Below, one piece after another: positions 28,065 through 40,300 of a stretch of 64,000 nt of DNA. The position numbers were made by a program, and so were the translations under genes. Under the pieces are notes generated by a model. That model saw nothing but the letters and a program-made list of their open reading frames with translations, was not told where the DNA came from and ran no database searches. The DNA is from Girardia tigrina (taxonomy: Eukaryota), in assembly GCA_001938485.1 (NCBI GenBank), contig MQRK01243535.1, forward strand, positions 23,426-87,425. Direction: 5' to 3'. Within the stretch, counting starts at the first letter, position 1. Each line of letters begins with the position of its first letter.

Positions 28065-28330
28065 AATGTTTTTATAATCATTAATTTTATCATAAACATT
28101 AAATCTGTCAGTGACTTCTTTGATAAAAAGGTCTGTTTCATCTGTATTGAAGATATCTTTATGTAAATAATTTTCCATTTCGATCATGAAGACATTTTTG
28201 AAGTTTTTAATCTGTGTTGTTTCGGCAATAGCTTCCTCACCAAGTAACTTTATTACATTCGAGATTTGCTCATTTTAGAAAGTTCCTTACAGAGTGTTCT
28301 GTGACTTTAGAGCTATAATTCGCTTTTGTT
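28065..28330 (-). mobile_element. Degraded Tigger/pogo transposase fragment
   Basis: 'KLLGEEAIAE...YLHKDIFNTDETDLFIK'. Confidence 0.6.
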
Positions 28331-28752
28331 GATAAAAATCATTTGCAATATCAAATATCACAAAAAAATTATTGGAATACATTTATCTCTAAATAATTTT
28401 AAGCCGAATAAATGTTTTGATTTTTATAAATTTTGAAAAATGCAGCTCAGATTATATCTTTTATTAGCTTTTATTTGTTGTGTCTAAATTTGCTAACTAT
28501 GCATATTTTCATGTATATTCCTTATGTATTACGGTGTTACGTTGTATAGGCTTGTATTAACATGGCAAGAAAGTTTTTCCGTTACTCTCCACTTCTAAAT
28601 AAGAAAGAAAATTACCATTCTAATGCTATTTTTTGTTAAATCATGTTTATAAATATTTTTTGGCAAAAAAATCAATCGATATATATATATATATATATAT
28701 ATNNNNNNNNNNNNNNNNNNNNNNNNNNNNNNNNNNNNNNNNNNNNNNNNNN

Positions 28753-28795
<43 letters not shown>

Positions 28796-28833
28796 TTTGT
28801 GTCATATGATTACTTTTCATATTGGATTTAAAA

Positions 28834-29850
28834 ATGGAGTTTTCAAAATCTAACAGTCGATTCTACGCATACATTGAGTGGAAAATGTGGAACGACTGCA
28901 GCTGAAACCTATAGAAAGTTGTTCAATGTCTTCCCTGATGATTGCCCAATGGAACGCATTATAAGAAACTGGTTCTCTGATTTTACCTCAGGCAAGCGGC
29001 TATCGTTGGACGATCACCCACGAAGTGGACGTCCTTCAGCAACAACAACTGATGATTTGATTGAAAAATGTAGGAACATAATTAAGCAGGATGAAAGAAT
29101 ATCTTTAAGATACATAAGTGAAATGTTTGATGTCAACAAAGAATCAATAAGGACAGTCCTCCATGAAAATTTGAACAGGAAAAGGATTTTGAGCATCTGG
29201 GTGCCTTATCAACTGACTGATGATCACAAATGACAACGTATTGAATATCAAGAAATTTTTTGCAACTTGTGCAACAATATGGGAAAGAATACTTGATGAA
29301 ACGATGGATAACAGTTGATGAAACGTGGATATCATTTTCCCCAACATTATAAAGATCCGACTACGAGTATGGGCAAGTGGAGATGATCCTCGACCACGTG
29401 CTGTTCAAAACAAAAAATTTGGACGAAGAACAATGCTTATTTTGCATTCACAGGTGATGGTAAGTTTCACATCGAAGTAACAAAATCTGGTGAGGCTATC
29501 AATTCTGAAAGATATACAGAAATCATTCAAAATAGTCCTACAAAGTTTAGTAAAGACAGACGACGAGTGAATATGCGAGAAATTCTTTGGCAGCATGATA
29601 ATGCTCGACCACATTCATCCAAGTTTACCACGGAGTTTTTTCAGAAAAAAACATGTTGAATTGATTAAACAAGCTCCATATTCGCCTGATTTAAATTGGT
29701 GTGACAAATGGCTATTGAAATTTTTAAAAGGATCATTAAGAACAACATCATTTGCAAGTGAGGAAGAGGTCTTACAAGCGGTCAGTGATATTATGAGGAA
29801 TCTCTCACAAGAAAAACTTTCACATGAATTTGATAAACTTTTTACACATG
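28834..29850 (+). mobile_element. mariner transposase pseudogene, 3'-truncated
   Basis: 'LDDHPRSGRP', 'WVPYQL', 'ITVDETW', 'WQHDNARPH', 'PYSPDL'. Confidence 0.9.
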
Positions 29851-30230
29851 CTTTACGCTTAATGACAAAGTCAATAAAATTTTTGAAAGACAAAAGAATA
29901 ATAATTTATTTTATACATTCCTCGTGCCTTGTATGAAATCCAATGCAAGGTTTCTTTTATTTGTATATTTTCAATGCCAAACATTTCTGAAATTTCTTCC
30001 CAAAAATTTTTAACTTCAAACATTATTTGTAAATTCTTCTTTTATTTTTTCTTTGTATGATACTTCTTTAACAGGCGCTTTTTCAATTTTTGTATCCTTA
30101 AGTTCACTATGAGGATTATGAGCAGCATCAAAAGTTTCATGTGCTCTAATATCATTACACTTTGTTTGATTTAAATCACAATTTTTTTCGTAAACGGAAT
30201 GATTTTGTTCTTTAGTTTCCATGGGTCCAC
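29850..30230 (-). pseudogene. Unknown protein family, copy A (5' part)
   Basis: 'EQNHSVYEKNC...TKCNDI' and 'MFEVKNFWEEISEMFGIE...GMYKINY' align with copy B. Confidence 0.6.
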
Positions 30231-30780
30231 TTTATAAATGTTTTCTTAAATATTTTTTTCAAATGAAAAAATTTATTAATTTTTTTATAAAAAAATTCGA
30301 TAAAGAAAGTCGATCTAAAATTCGTTTTAAAATTCATTTGAACCTGCTAATTCAATATTTATGTCTATTAGGGTCACTTAAATGTTCGTACATAATCACA
30401 ATTTATTAATTTAAACTAAAAAATTAAATTTCTAAATGCTTTGAAAATTTTAATTTAGGATTAATTAAATTTCAAAACAAAAAAATGTTTTTTGGTTTCG
30501 TTTTGTGAAAAATTACAATCTTTGCTATTGTGGTACGCAGTGATCGCAGGAGTATTTAATATTATGAGGTTTACTCATGCAGAAAATTGTCAAAAGTTAT
30601 TTCTGGTATTCCTTAATTAAATATTTTTTTATTTACAGTCAACAATAACTTTTGCGACATGATTCCACAAAACTCGAACGTAAAAATCACGGCACACAAA
30701 ACAAATTGGACTAATTTTTCCTTTTTTTAACAAAATGAAAATTTTTTATTTTTGAAATGTTGTCCCTTCTATTTAGGAAA

Positions 30781-30925
30781 ATGAAAACTCAAAATCTCAA
30801 CTTATAATCTAAAATCTTTATTGAAAACGAAAAAGCAGTTGAATTTTTAGTTGAAGGTGTGATTGCAAGAGAGATTGCATCTATGGTTGTAGTTTTACAA
30901 TGTTGATAAGAAAATCTACATTTGC
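30781..30925 (+). mobile_element. Possible Merlin/IS1595 transposase N-terminal remnant
   Basis: 'NEKAVEFLVEGVI...YGCSFTM' resembles the start of the Merlin Zn ribbon. Confidence 0.35.
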
Positions 30926-31011
30926 TACAAATTGTTAGTAAAGTTAGTAAATGGTTAGTAATAAGTTACATAATATATTACATTCCTAACTGAAAAAAAT
31001 GTTTTAAAACT

Positions 31012-31790
31012 TTAATTTTTCCATAAACATGATAAAATTAGGCAAAAAGCACTTAATAAAATTATATAAAACAAAGCATTTTGCATTGAGGATCCTGAAT
31101 TTGCTGTATCTTGAATAGAATGGAGGTATTTATTGGGATAAATTTTGCCCTTGTATTCTCACAAATATTTAAGCTTGGAAATGTCTTTTTCATCGAAATG
31201 CATATCAAAAATATTATAAAAATCTTTTTGCTTTTTTATCATATTCATCCACTTCTTTATGTGGCCTTCTTTTGTTAAGAATATAATTATTTATTCCGAA
31301 TTTGTCAACAGAACCATTTATGTTTAGCTTTTCGGATTGCATACACTATACCGATTTCCAACAAATAATTGTTTAAAATTTCTTCATCATTTGTCTCAAA
31401 ATCATAGTGAATAGAGTTTGTGAAAGGCAAAAAAATATAATTTATTTTATAGTTCCCCGGTACATTGTAGACAATCAAATCTGAGATTTTGCTTATGTTT
31501 AAAATTTCAATACCGAATATTCTCAATATTTTTTCCCAAAAATATTCAACTTCAAACATTGAAATTAAAGAGTAATCTTCTACCATTTGCTTCTTTAATT
31601 TTTTTTATTGTTTGATACTTCTTTACTAGAATAATTTTCGATTTTTTCATCATGTAGTTCATTTTGAGAATTATTTTGAGTATCACAAGCTTTATCTGCA
31701 CTAATATAATTACATTTCGTTATATTTGCACTACAATACTTTTTGAAAACAGAATAATTTTGTTCTGCATTTTCCGTGGGCTGACTTACA
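31012..31790 (-). pseudogene. Unknown protein family, copy B (near full length, C-terminal TM helix)
   Basis: ORF 31305-31586 plus frameshifted flanks. Ends '...SGSSMQNALFYIILLSAFCLILSCLWKN*'. Confidence 0.6.
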
Positions 31791-32111
31791 ATAAGGTTAC
31801 ATAACTGTTTTTATAATTTTTATAGTGAAATTTATCCTCTAATAAATCTATATGTTGAAAAATTTACAGAGTTATAAAAGTAATGTTTACTAAATATTTT
31901 TAATTTTTCTTATAAGAATAAGTCGTATTATATCTATAGACTCAATTATATATTTTGTGAGTCGTAAAGGCTTCTGGTTCTCGTTTGCTTATAATCATCT
32001 ATGCTAAGTTAAACGAGAAAACGTGAAGCTATAGTAAAACCTGAGTGATCATAATGGCTATAGTTCATTATAAGCCGTTATAAAAATTTTTAAACCCCCC
32101 ACCTTATAAAA

Positions 32112-32460
32112 ATGTCTCGAAGAAGAAAAACCTGTAAAATTGTTGAAGAAACGTATTCTCCTACAGAAATTATGGATTTGAAGATCAATTCTAGTTATTT
32201 AGAAAGACTAAGAAGTTCTGGAGAGCTCATATTGATCGAGTTTTGTGCTAAGCTTGGGTTAATTTAAAATATGCAGTATTGCAAGATATGTGGAGCGGAT
32301 ATGCATAATTAGGAAATCTAGACTCAAGTTTAAATACATTTTGGCCTGTCTGTTGCCATGTAGAACTGAGTCTTCAATTAGAGCTAATTCAATATTGGCA
32401 GGTGTTAAATCAGATATCAGTCAATACTTAAAGTTTCTTATACGCTGATACAACAACGAT
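32112..32460 (+). mobile_element. Merlin/IS1595-type transposase N-terminal Zn-ribbon remnant
   Basis: 'LGLI*NMQYCKICGADM...ILACLLPCRTESSIRANSI'. Confidence 0.6.
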
Positions 32461-32469
32461 CTGGTTAAA

Positions 32470-32680
32470 ACTATTAGCGAGGTCGAAAACGGGTGTCACC
32501 AGTTCTTCGCTTCTAAGAACAAGGATTGGCACCGCAGCGGGATCGCACAACTTTGCCATAGAAGGGTTCAAGCTATAGATTCAAATGGCCTTTACTTTGA
32601 AACTTAAATGTTTTTTATTTGTTGTAAAATTATGTTTAAGTTTTTAATAAAATATACGAAGACTTTTGGTTAACCTTAAT
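32470..32680 (+). mobile_element. mariner 3' end
   Basis: 'QFFASKNKDWHRSGIAQL..R..QAIDSNGLYFET*' followed by a TIR-like end. Confidence 0.7.
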
Positions 32681-34724
32681 AAATATTGCTAAAAGAACAA
32701 CTTGATAGGTCCAATAGCAATATTTTAGATGCAAAGATAGACTCGACAGTAAAACAACTGAAGGATTTGCTTACACGAGAACATTATGATCAAAGAAAAT
32801 ATTGGAGTCATCAAAACAGTAGAAACATCAAATGTTGGAAATAATTGCACTAATTTACATGTGCAACTAAAAGAAAGATCAAATTCAAGAATTTAATATT
32901 AAATTATATGATTGTGATGTTTTCTATTTATAGAAATTTGTTCGGTTAGTAATGAATTCAATCATTTATTAAGGTATTGTTACATACGTGTTTCCGATGC
33001 ACTTAGGATATATCAGGCTTTAATATAAAAATCGCCTATATTAAATAAATAGGTTTACATAAGGTATAATATGAAGAATGATAATGATAGACCAACATGT
33101 ATCCTAATTTATATAAACTTCTTATATGAATTATATCAAATATAGCAACTCAACTATGTCAATACCAACACAATCTCCTTTATAAATTGTTGACAAAATA
33201 CTGTTACATGAAAATTTGTTCATTACTTAAAGCACATATTCCTACATAAATTACGCCTTTTTCTAATAATACTACTATGCAATTGATTGTTTGCTTTGAA
33301 TATTATGATATATTTTAACAATATTAAATTGTTGATTTAAATTAATATTTAAAGCAACTAATGTATTTAATAATAAATTATGTAGCTGAGTTGGCATTCT
33401 TCACTAAATATGTAAGCGTTATGATCTAAATTGATATGTTTGAATACAATAATCTAAATTGATGTATTTAAAACTAAAATGATTGATGGATTTAAAACTA
33501 AAAGTTGCGGACCTGATAAACGCGACAGTTCCCTGGAGCCATGGCCATGACAATTCTAAGAGATCTATCTTTTTATTAAAAGGAGGTATTGCCTACAGCA
33601 TTTAATATTTAAATAATAAAAATTTTATTGAATTAAATATAGATTTATTATAAACCGTCTATTTGTATTGGAAATGTTTTCAAAAAGTAATATTTTTAAA
33701 AATAATATCTGATAAACGTTAAAAAATGTATTGATTTTTTGCAACAATGACTCAGGATAGAACCAAAAAATAAATTACTTTGATTTACCTATAAAATTTA
33801 AATTCTATTTTTTTAAAGAACATTTTATCTTCAAATACTTTTTTCGTTTATTTTAACTTTTAAATCTCTGTCTAATAGTTTTTCAATAAAATAGTGTCAG
33901 TTTGAAAATTATTAAGTTGAATATTTTCTATGGGGTGAAAAGTGACATGGGTTATTTGAACATAACAAAAAATTAAAAATTTTTCCTCCTTAAAAATGTT
34001 TTAAAAAAATAACGATAAAGAAAATTTTGTTTTTAAATTTAGCGCAAAACGTGAAAAAGTTTGTTTAATTGTTGTTTTTGAAAAATAAAAACAGACAAGA
34101 ACTGAAAGAGTTAAATCTCCAGGTTTCACTTCAGGATTCATAATAACAACAAGTAGAATTTATTAATTATTTACAATCTTTTTAGAATACTTAAACAAAT
34201 AATAACCACAACTGAAAGTTACACAGAAAATGTCTCAATATGATATAACTTAACTTCCAATTTTTTAAAAAAAAACTGAATCACGATGAAAAGTTTCCTT
34301 TTTTGCTAAATTTTAGTATAAATAGGATTTTTAAAAATAACAACGCGTAGAAAGAGTCAAATATTAAAAATAAACAATAATTTACAAACACAATAGAACA
34401 AAAATAAATTTTAGTTGGTTATATCTTAAAAATTATAAAATTTTAAACCCTTAGTTTTTTTATAGAGAATAAAGATTTAAATTTGAACATTTATATTTTT
34501 TAAAATTAAATAAAATAAACATTTAAGTTAGAATTTTTGTGACTTGCTTTATTTGATGATTGTATGGAAGAAGTTTATCTTATAACATTTTTCTTATTTC
34601 AAATTTTTTTTGTTTTTACATTTTTATTACAAAAAACGTTTAAAAATGTCAAATTTTTTTATACAAAAAATACAGTAAATATGTAATTTTAATTTGTTAC
34701 TGAAGAAACGCAAATCTTAAAACT

Positions 34725-35470
34725 TTAAATTTTTTCCATAACCATGTTAAAATTAAAAAAAACAGTGCCCATTAGAATTATATAAAACGGAGCACTTTCC
34801 ATCGAGAATCCTGAATTTGTCTGCTCTTGAATGGCGTTATGATGTCTATTGAGATAAATTTTTCTCATGGATTGCCACAAACATTTAGGCTTGTAAAAGA
34901 TTTGTCTTCATCAAGACGCAGATCAAAAATGTCATAACAATCTTTCATTGATGTATTTTTACCTTCAATTATATCTTTATATGGTATTCTTTCGCTAATG
35001 GTAAAATCACGAACTCCAAAATTTTCAACAGAACCATCCATGTTACCTAATCGGATTGTATAAACTTCACTGTTAATAATGGATTCGACATCTTTAGTAT
35101 AATTCAGTTTGTTGTTTTCAGTTTTTTTATTCTTTAATTTAAGATTTTTAAATAATTTTTGCAGATTAGTTACGTGTTTTTCAATTTTTTCGCATTTAAT
35201 TTTTGAAAGTTTACTATATTTAGATTTAGAAGTCTCTTTTAAAGTCAAATTTCTGCCGTTGTAAATAATTCTTAAATCTTTTATATCAGTGTTTCAAAAT
35301 TGAAATATCATTAAGATATCTTCCTAAAAACCAACCGATATCATCCAAATATTTTTCAAAAATTGTTTCATCATTTGATTTGATTCAAGCACTTTACGCT
35401 TAATGACAAAGTCATCAAAAGTTTTGTGAAAGACAAAAGAATAATAATTCATTTTATACATTCCTCGTAT
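34725..35470 (-). pseudogene. Unknown protein family, copy C (3' part, C-terminal TM helix)
   Basis: 'YTIRLGNMDGSVENFG...KDCYDIFD...NSGFSMESAPFYIILMGTVF' aligns with copy B. 35393-35468 is nearly identical to 29850-29925. Confidence 0.6.
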
Positions 35471-35551
35471 ACAGATGTACGAATAGTAGCTGCAATAAAA
35501 AAGTCTATATCAACAGGATGTATCTTTAAAACACCAAAATTTTACTTCATC

Positions 35552-36167
35552 TATTTCTTAGGTCTTTGTACTGCTTTATTATGTCCATGGATAATATCCA
35601 ATCCACAGTAACTGTAGAAATCTCTCAACCGACATATTTAAAGATTAAAAAAGGTTCATTAGTTTAATGGAAAATGATTTGGACAGAAATAGATTTATGT
35701 TTGGAGATAACGGAATCGCCGTACAAGTCGATGAAACCGCAATTTGTAGAGGTATGATAATATCAAATCCAATCTCTAGTTACGATAACATTCCTAATTT
35801 TACATGGCTTGTAGGTGTTATCGAAGAAACAATCGAACAAAGAGTAATCTTGAAAATAGTACCAGATAGAAGGGTAGAAACAATGAAATTTTTTTTGGAA
35901 AGTGCTATTGTTCCAGGAACTCTTGTTAAAACAGACGGGTTTGCATCGTATCCAAGAGTTATCAGCGATATTAGATGTGTTCATTCGGTGGTGAACCACT
36001 CCAGAGAATATGTAAATGAACACGGGGAGCACACAAGCCTTATCGAGAACCTCTGTAAACATTTAAAGATGAAGTACCAAACTAGGAATGGGGTCATGAA
36101 TGACAATACTCCACAGTTTGTAACAAAATTGGCATGGAGAAGAGTTTTCTTGCGTAAAAGAAATTAA
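35552..36167 (+). mobile_element. Merlin (ISXO2/IS1595-like) DDE transposase fragment
   Basis: 'VQVDET', 'WLVGVIE', 'VPDRR.ET', 'IVPGTLVKTDGFASY', 'HSVVNHS.EYV...HT..IE'. Confidence 0.9.
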
Positions 36168-37037
36168 AACAACTTTAAAGAAGTGTTTTAGCAAATAACT
36201 TTCTTTTTTCTTTATTAACTGTTGAATTAACAGCCTTTGGCTCAAATCTTACATCTTTCAATGTCTATTGTAACGGAGCAATGCCACTTTGTATGCATTC
36301 GTTTTTCTATATGCATTTTGTAGAGTTATTTTTGTTTCAAATAAACTTGTAGCGATCTACACGACGACTTAATTATTAATTGAATTACAATAAATTGGCC
36401 TTGGTTTTTTCTGCATTAATTTCTACAGAAAAAAAACGCAGTCGGTCAATTAAATCGACTGCAAGCGCCTATCAGCTAAGGTATTGTTCCGACAGAACCA
36501 TCACTTAATATTTTTAACTTATAAAATTTGAAGTTATAAATTTATTATATGTTTTATTTTATTTTATTGTTTCTTTCAGGTTGAATTTAATAGAAAATCT
36601 ATGCAAATTTATCTACTATCAGCTCCCGAATATTTCCTCCAATGAACCATGAAAAACTGGATAGTAAAGGCAAATTAGAATCTCCTCTACCTCGTTTTTA
36701 TGTGTCTCGCTTGCTTCTTTATTCGCTGAAGATTATTAAAGAAATAAACTTAATTGTTTTAGTAGGTGAATGTGAAGTATCAGTGTGTGGATTCGAAAAT
36801 GAATCATGGTCCTTCGACAATAGCGATATAAATATATATATATAGCTCACTAATAATGATAATTTCTTAATGTTAAATTATTTCACAATTATTATTAGAT
36901 CGCCTATTTTTTTCCAATGTTACGTTCCAAAATTATGAACCCCCCATGTCACAAATTGTCACTTATTATTTTTAACTATTAAAATTTAAAGTTATAAATT
37001 TATTATCTGTTTTATTTTATTTTATTGTTTCGTTCAG

Positions 37038-37426
37038 GCTGAATTTAAAAGAAAATCTCGACAAATTTATGCACTACATGAATATAAATTAGAAAAATTG
37101 TTAGGTTACAAGGTGATAATAGTTTAAATTTATATATTTCTTTTAAATAAACATTAAGGGCAAGTCTGCGGAACAAAAGGAAAAAGGAATTTTGAAAACA
37201 GTAAATATCGTCGGAAAAAAACCAGTTGTAAGTTTGAAAGGCATAGGAATATATTGAGATAATATATTCAAAATTCAGAAAGTGTCCGGTATGTCTCGGA
37301 AATGAAATCGATGTGGCGCTGCAATGCGGACATTTGTTTTGTGCGATTTGTGTGAAAGATCTTGGAGATGTTTGCCTAATTTGTAGACAAAAATTTGAAA
37401 TAATGAGATCAATAAAACAATTATAA
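37038..37426 (+). pseudogene. 3' exons of a C3HC4 RING-finger gene (not in the ORF track)
   Basis: 37283-37426 reads CPVCLGNEIDVALQCGHLFCAICVKDLGDVCLICRQKF...*. Upstream are short GT-AG introns, with one apparent frameshift in an A-run. The intron and exon start are duplicated at ~36500-36600. Confidence 0.75.
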
Positions 37427-37519
37427 AATTTCTTTGTTCTGTTTTTGTAAATTTGTAAATTGTATTTATTAAAGTTATTTTTTATTGATTGAAATTAAAT
37501 TCGTAAAAATTGTTGTGAA

Positions 37520-38800
37520 TTGAAAGAAAGTTGTTTCTTTATTGAATCACAATCGGAACAATATGGAGAACAAGTAATTGAAAATCTGAACGAATTAACC
37601 TCTGTTTCCGACGAGAACATCTTTGAACAATCTCAAAAATGTATTCGAATGTGCGACGTTTTAAATGAAATGAAAATTGATATAAAAAATGAAACAGAAA
37701 TATTTGATAGAGAATGGAGAGACAGTAGTATTCTTTATAGAAAGATGGACAAAATATGTTTCACAATGACTTTGCCTCTTATGATTATAGATTTACTATA
37801 GGGTGTTGTTTTGAAACCATATCAAATCGGTACATATAAGAAAGAATCCCTTCATTTCATAGGAAACTATTTAAAATGTACCGGCAACAATCTCCATCAA
37901 AGGAGTTTTAGAACATATTTTGAATACGTTTTAAATAATTATAGATTGATAGAGGAAATAGTTCATAAGAATAAACCACTTATTAACGTATGCCTTTTGT
38001 AGATCCTTTAAATCCGTGGTGCGATGTTCGCGATTACATCAGATGTCATGAGAACAGTTGCGTGATCTGTTGGGAACCTTCAGAGATATCAAAACTAGTG
38101 ACATGTGAAGTTTGTGGTACCGGACTTTGTTGTAACTGCACGAAGAATTTCCTAATAATTGACGATAAATGTTTACTAAAATGCGTTGGTAGATCAATAA
38201 GGAGAGACGGAGGTCATCGTGATCCTAATGTAAAAGATATTGAAGAAATGATCAATTCACACAAGGATGAATATTTGCAATTAATATTGGACAATTTAGG
38301 TCATGTTTATCAAATGATGAAGGGGTTATCAAAAGATGAACATTCAACTGAGAGACATTGATGAGGTATACAAGTCTCTGTCGTTCAATGATCATCAAGA
38401 TCAATTAATATGATTTTGATGAATTCGTTAATGACATCAAAACTTTTATTAAATTTAATTAATTTGAAAATGCTTATCTCATCATATTATTTTCCGCAAT
38501 TACATAGGACATATCTTTATTGTCCAGTTTCACGGTATATTTCAACATTAATATTTGAAATGAAGATATTGATAAAAAAGACAAAGAATTTGAATTTCGA
38601 AGAATCTATGAAAACGGAGTACTCGACTGTTATCGAAGAATTGCGATGCATTTTGGAAAAGTATTCAGGCTTAAAATTGCAATTTTGAACATTAGAGCAA
38701 TCTAATACCAGGATCAAAACCGAAATTTGACATTCTCTTGTCTCGCTTTTTATGTAAATTAAGAAAGACAAACTGTCATCAATGCAAAAAAAGGACATAT
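37520..38800 (+). pseudogene. Intronless ~400-aa gene with an all-Cys RING-like domain, disrupted
   Basis: Consecutive ORFs 37520-37801, 37811-38002, 37990-38361 and 38410-38688. Pattern C-x2-C-x11-C-x2-C-x4-C-x2-C-x10-C-x3-C. Confidence 0.6.
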
Positions 38801-39982
38801 AACAAAGGTTTGCAGATCCAAAAACACATTAATTCATTCACAGACAGTAAATGCTTTAGGAGAGAGCTCAAACACAGAATTGATATCTTTTTTTGTCGAT
38901 TTAACGTTACACATACATGAGGAACTATGTTTTGATAAAGGAATGAGCCATCATTCAATTAAATCATTCAGATTTTAATGTAACAATTTCTGTCAATAAA
39001 TTACTTGAATTATTTATTAACAATTTAAATTCTGATTTACATTTGCTGTAAATATGTGTATGATTGAAAATTATCTGTGTTTATTGTATTTTATTTTTTG
39101 TTGAAATATTATGAAGGGTTATATATGGTTTTTCTAATCATCTGTTATTCTGTACTCTTCCATAACATCACGACAGCGGACTCATCACTTAAATCCACCA
39201 ACTTTAGAACGTAGAAGGAAAATTTTAATTGGTTTATATATATATAAACATATTGTAACAATTTAATCAATTTTGTTGAAAAAAAGTCTAAATTCGAATT
39301 TTAATAGAAAATAAATGCAGTTTAATAAGCAAAGATCTAGAATTTTCAATAGAACCTAATAGAATCAAATACTAAAACATCAAATAATTGGAAAATATTC
39401 ACAGGCAGCAGCCCATAGATCTCAACGGTGGATACAATGAAACCTATGATTTGCAATTAATTACAGATTTATTTTATTTAATTCCAAGCAACTGCAGAGA
39501 CAGACTAACGACGATGCAATATAGACACATGTATATAGACAGTCCGTAATTTTAGGGGCCGAAAATTGGTTTTTTAAAAACTTAAAAAATATCCGAATTA
39601 ATCGGACTAAAATTAAATCGAAAAATAAAGAAAAAACATTATTAATATTTTAATAAAATTAAAATAACTTTGTTTAAAGAATTGTAGATTTTCAATTTTT
39701 CGTTTTATTGGGTTCAACGTTAATAGTTAATAATTCATAGTTAATACTTCCTGATATTACTAAATAAGTAAGTTTTTATAAAAGTATTACATTAAAAAAA
39801 ATGTAATGTAGATGTTCAGTAAAAGTTAATTTATTCTGGTATAAGACCTAGTACAGATTTAGGGCAAATTTTCTAAGTTTTTTAATAAATTAAATTAAAA
39901 TTATTTAAAAATTAAATTTTTAAAATCAATTTTTTTTAAATAAAAACATTTATTATTTTTTTAAAAATTTAAATCATCCATT

Positions 39983-40300
39983 ATGAAAATTAAAATTTAT
40001 ACAATTTATTTCAAAATTAGTGCCCTAAAAGAATCAAGAATTTGACGGAATATTGTAAAAGAAGTTGGATCTGCGACTTGTTCGGGAATGGCGAGCAGAT
40101 TACGAATTTCTACTTTTAGGGGACATGCAAGGGAAAGGAAGCAGTAGAAAGGTGGGTGCAGGAAGGAAACCTGGAATTTGCGAATTGGGAGATGACATTT
40201 TTAATTGGATTTTGGCTCGAAGAGAGGCCAATTTCGTAGTCCAGATATCAGATGTCCAAGAGGTCGCCCTTAATATTGCAAATGAACATGCGATTTTATT
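39983..40300 (+). mobile_element. pogo-type transposase N-terminal fragment
   Basis: 'LVREWR...GAGRKP..ELGDDIFNWILARR...V....VQEVAL' (CENP-B HTH). Confidence 0.7.
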
